64,000 nt of DNA from an uncultured Actinomycetes bacterium (GTDB taxonomy: Bacteria > Actinomycetota > Actinomycetes > Nanopelagicales > Nanopelagicaceae), in assembly GCA_903846075.1 (NCBI GenBank), contig CAIMZW010000146.1:214-64213 (forward strand), given 5' to 3'. The notes beneath the pieces were generated by a model that was not told the DNA's origin, did no database searches, and saw nothing but the letters and a program-made list of their open reading frames with translations. Positions 63,262 to 64,000 of the stretch are shown here, in pieces (position 1 is the first letter of the stretch; each line of letters begins with the position of its first letter). A program made the position numbers and the translations under genes.

Positions 63262-64000
63262 CTACGCATCGCGCCGTTGCATCGCATAACCGGCTCCCAC
63301 AATTGCCAAAATTATCCAGGCGGCAAATACCAAAGCGCCATTGGTTGGCGAAAGTAAGTTGATAGAGAGCGGCGTGGGATTGAGGAAGGATGCCCCCGCA
63401 TTTGAAGGCAGATACTCCAAAATCTTCTGCCAACCTGAAGGCAACAATGCGCCCAGAAGCGCTGGCAAGAAGAGAACTCCACCAATCACAATTCCAATAG
63501 CTGCAGCGGTATGCCTAGTTAAAGTCCCAATCGTTAGCCCGAGGATTCCTAGGCCAACAATGTAAAAGGCGTAGCCAAAGAGGGCTCGTCCAACAAATGG
63601 GTCTGAAACGTGCATAACGGCTAATCCATAATGTTTGAAAATCGACATACCCACCGTAAATGCGGCAAAAATCGAAATTAGCATTAATGGCAAGACGGTG
63701 TAAATGAAAGTGATCAGTTTCGAAAAGAGAACTGGAAGGCGCTTAGGGACTGCAGTAAAAGAGGTGCGAATCATCCCGCTGCTGTATTCCCTCGATCCCA
63801 TAATGCTTCCAAGAACCGAGATGATCAGGATTGCAAAATTGGCGCCGGTCATCACTCGTTCGAAGGTGGTTCGGTGTTCTCCACCACCACCTGTATTTCG
63901 GTGCTCTGAAAGAATTGCGCTTAAAACGCTGAATCCGATGATCGCCAAGACAGTCAAAGTCAGGGTTATCCAATTGGACTTCAGCGACTTAAATTTTATG
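63262..64000 (-). CDS. ABC-2-type transporter permease (5' end beyond the window)
   Basis: The frame stays open upstream of the track's TTG (reads ...IKFKSLKSNWITLTLTVLAIIG). Six hydrophobic helices. Confidence 0.55.
   Translation of the reverse strand, partial: IKFKSLKSNWITLTLTVLAIIGFSVLSAILSEHRNTGGGGEHRTTFERVMTGANFAILIISVLGSIMGSREYSSGMIRTSFTAVPKRLPVLFSKLITFIYTVLPLMLISIFAAFTVGMSIFKHYGLAVMHVSDPFVGRALFGYAFYIVGLGILGLTIGTLTRHTAAAIGIVIGGVLFLPALLGALLPSGWQKILEYLPSNAGASFLNPTPLSINLLSPTNGALVFAAWIILAIVGAGYAMQRRDA

Noticed and set aside
1-64000. Searched by eye for CRISPR arrays, tandem repeats, IS elements/transposases, integrases, prophage genes, toxin-antitoxin pairs, restriction-modification or other defence systems, and rRNA/tRNA genes.
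   Set aside because: None were found. The only repeats seen are the short operator palindromes, codon-level low-complexity runs (the Q/E tail at 18789-18836 and PSTSAT at 59361-59430) and the paralogous gene pairs described above. An exhaustive repeat search needs a computational self-alignment, which I could not run.

Overview
Gene-dense bacterial chromosomal segment. Most spacers are under 50 nt and many genes share 1-8 nt start/stop overlaps. All family calls come from motif recognition by eye; no homology search, RNA covariance model or folding program was run. The protein repertoire (PASTA-type PknB kinase, class II DAHP synthase, GGEDT/PKTIDND-type phosphofructokinase, CHAD protein, CrtE/CrtB/CrtI) suggests a streamlined Actinomycetota genome; this is inference only. 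I support about 65 protein genes. I saw no rRNA, tRNA, CRISPR array, transposase/integrase or recognisable defence genes.

Order of content:
(1) A COG4705-like membrane protein plus a decayed tandem copy, then a methyltransferase, Zn-ADH, YbaK-like protein and a small GNAT.
(2) An arsenic island: arsR divergent from an ArsP-like permease (frameshifted in an A6 run), a MIP channel and arsC.
(3) Carotenoid genes in three separate blocks: crtA-like/cruF-like/GT2/crtD-like, then crtE-crtI, then crtB. Between them lie metF, a CDP-alcohol phosphatidyltransferase, a cytosine permease/Fcy1-type deaminase pair, and a circularly permuted ATP-grasp / alpha-E / transglutaminase triad.
(4) Housekeeping genes: pknB, nfo, ltaE, ogt, class II aroG, pfk, xylB.
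(5) A roughly 25 kb 6-deoxyhexose (L-fucose/L-rhamnose type) non-phosphorylative catabolic locus. It has an ABC importer, PPDK, three enolase-superfamily genes, a GntR regulator and an unassigned CoA-transferase/MaoC/RraA-like module.
(6) Glycerate kinase, a secreted beta-propeller dehydrogenase, CHAD, GNAT, a 369-nt structured spacer, a TPR protein and an ABC-2 permease.

Best candidates for something new:
- the unassigned CoA-dependent module with a cytoplasmic SBP-fold protein;
- a recurring 14-bp palindrome that ties the sugar locus into one regulon;
- a 630-aa protein with no recognisable family;
- the ATP-grasp/alpha-E/transglutaminase triad;
- the unexplained structured intergenic region at 61912-62280.

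None of these is proven novel from sequence alone.
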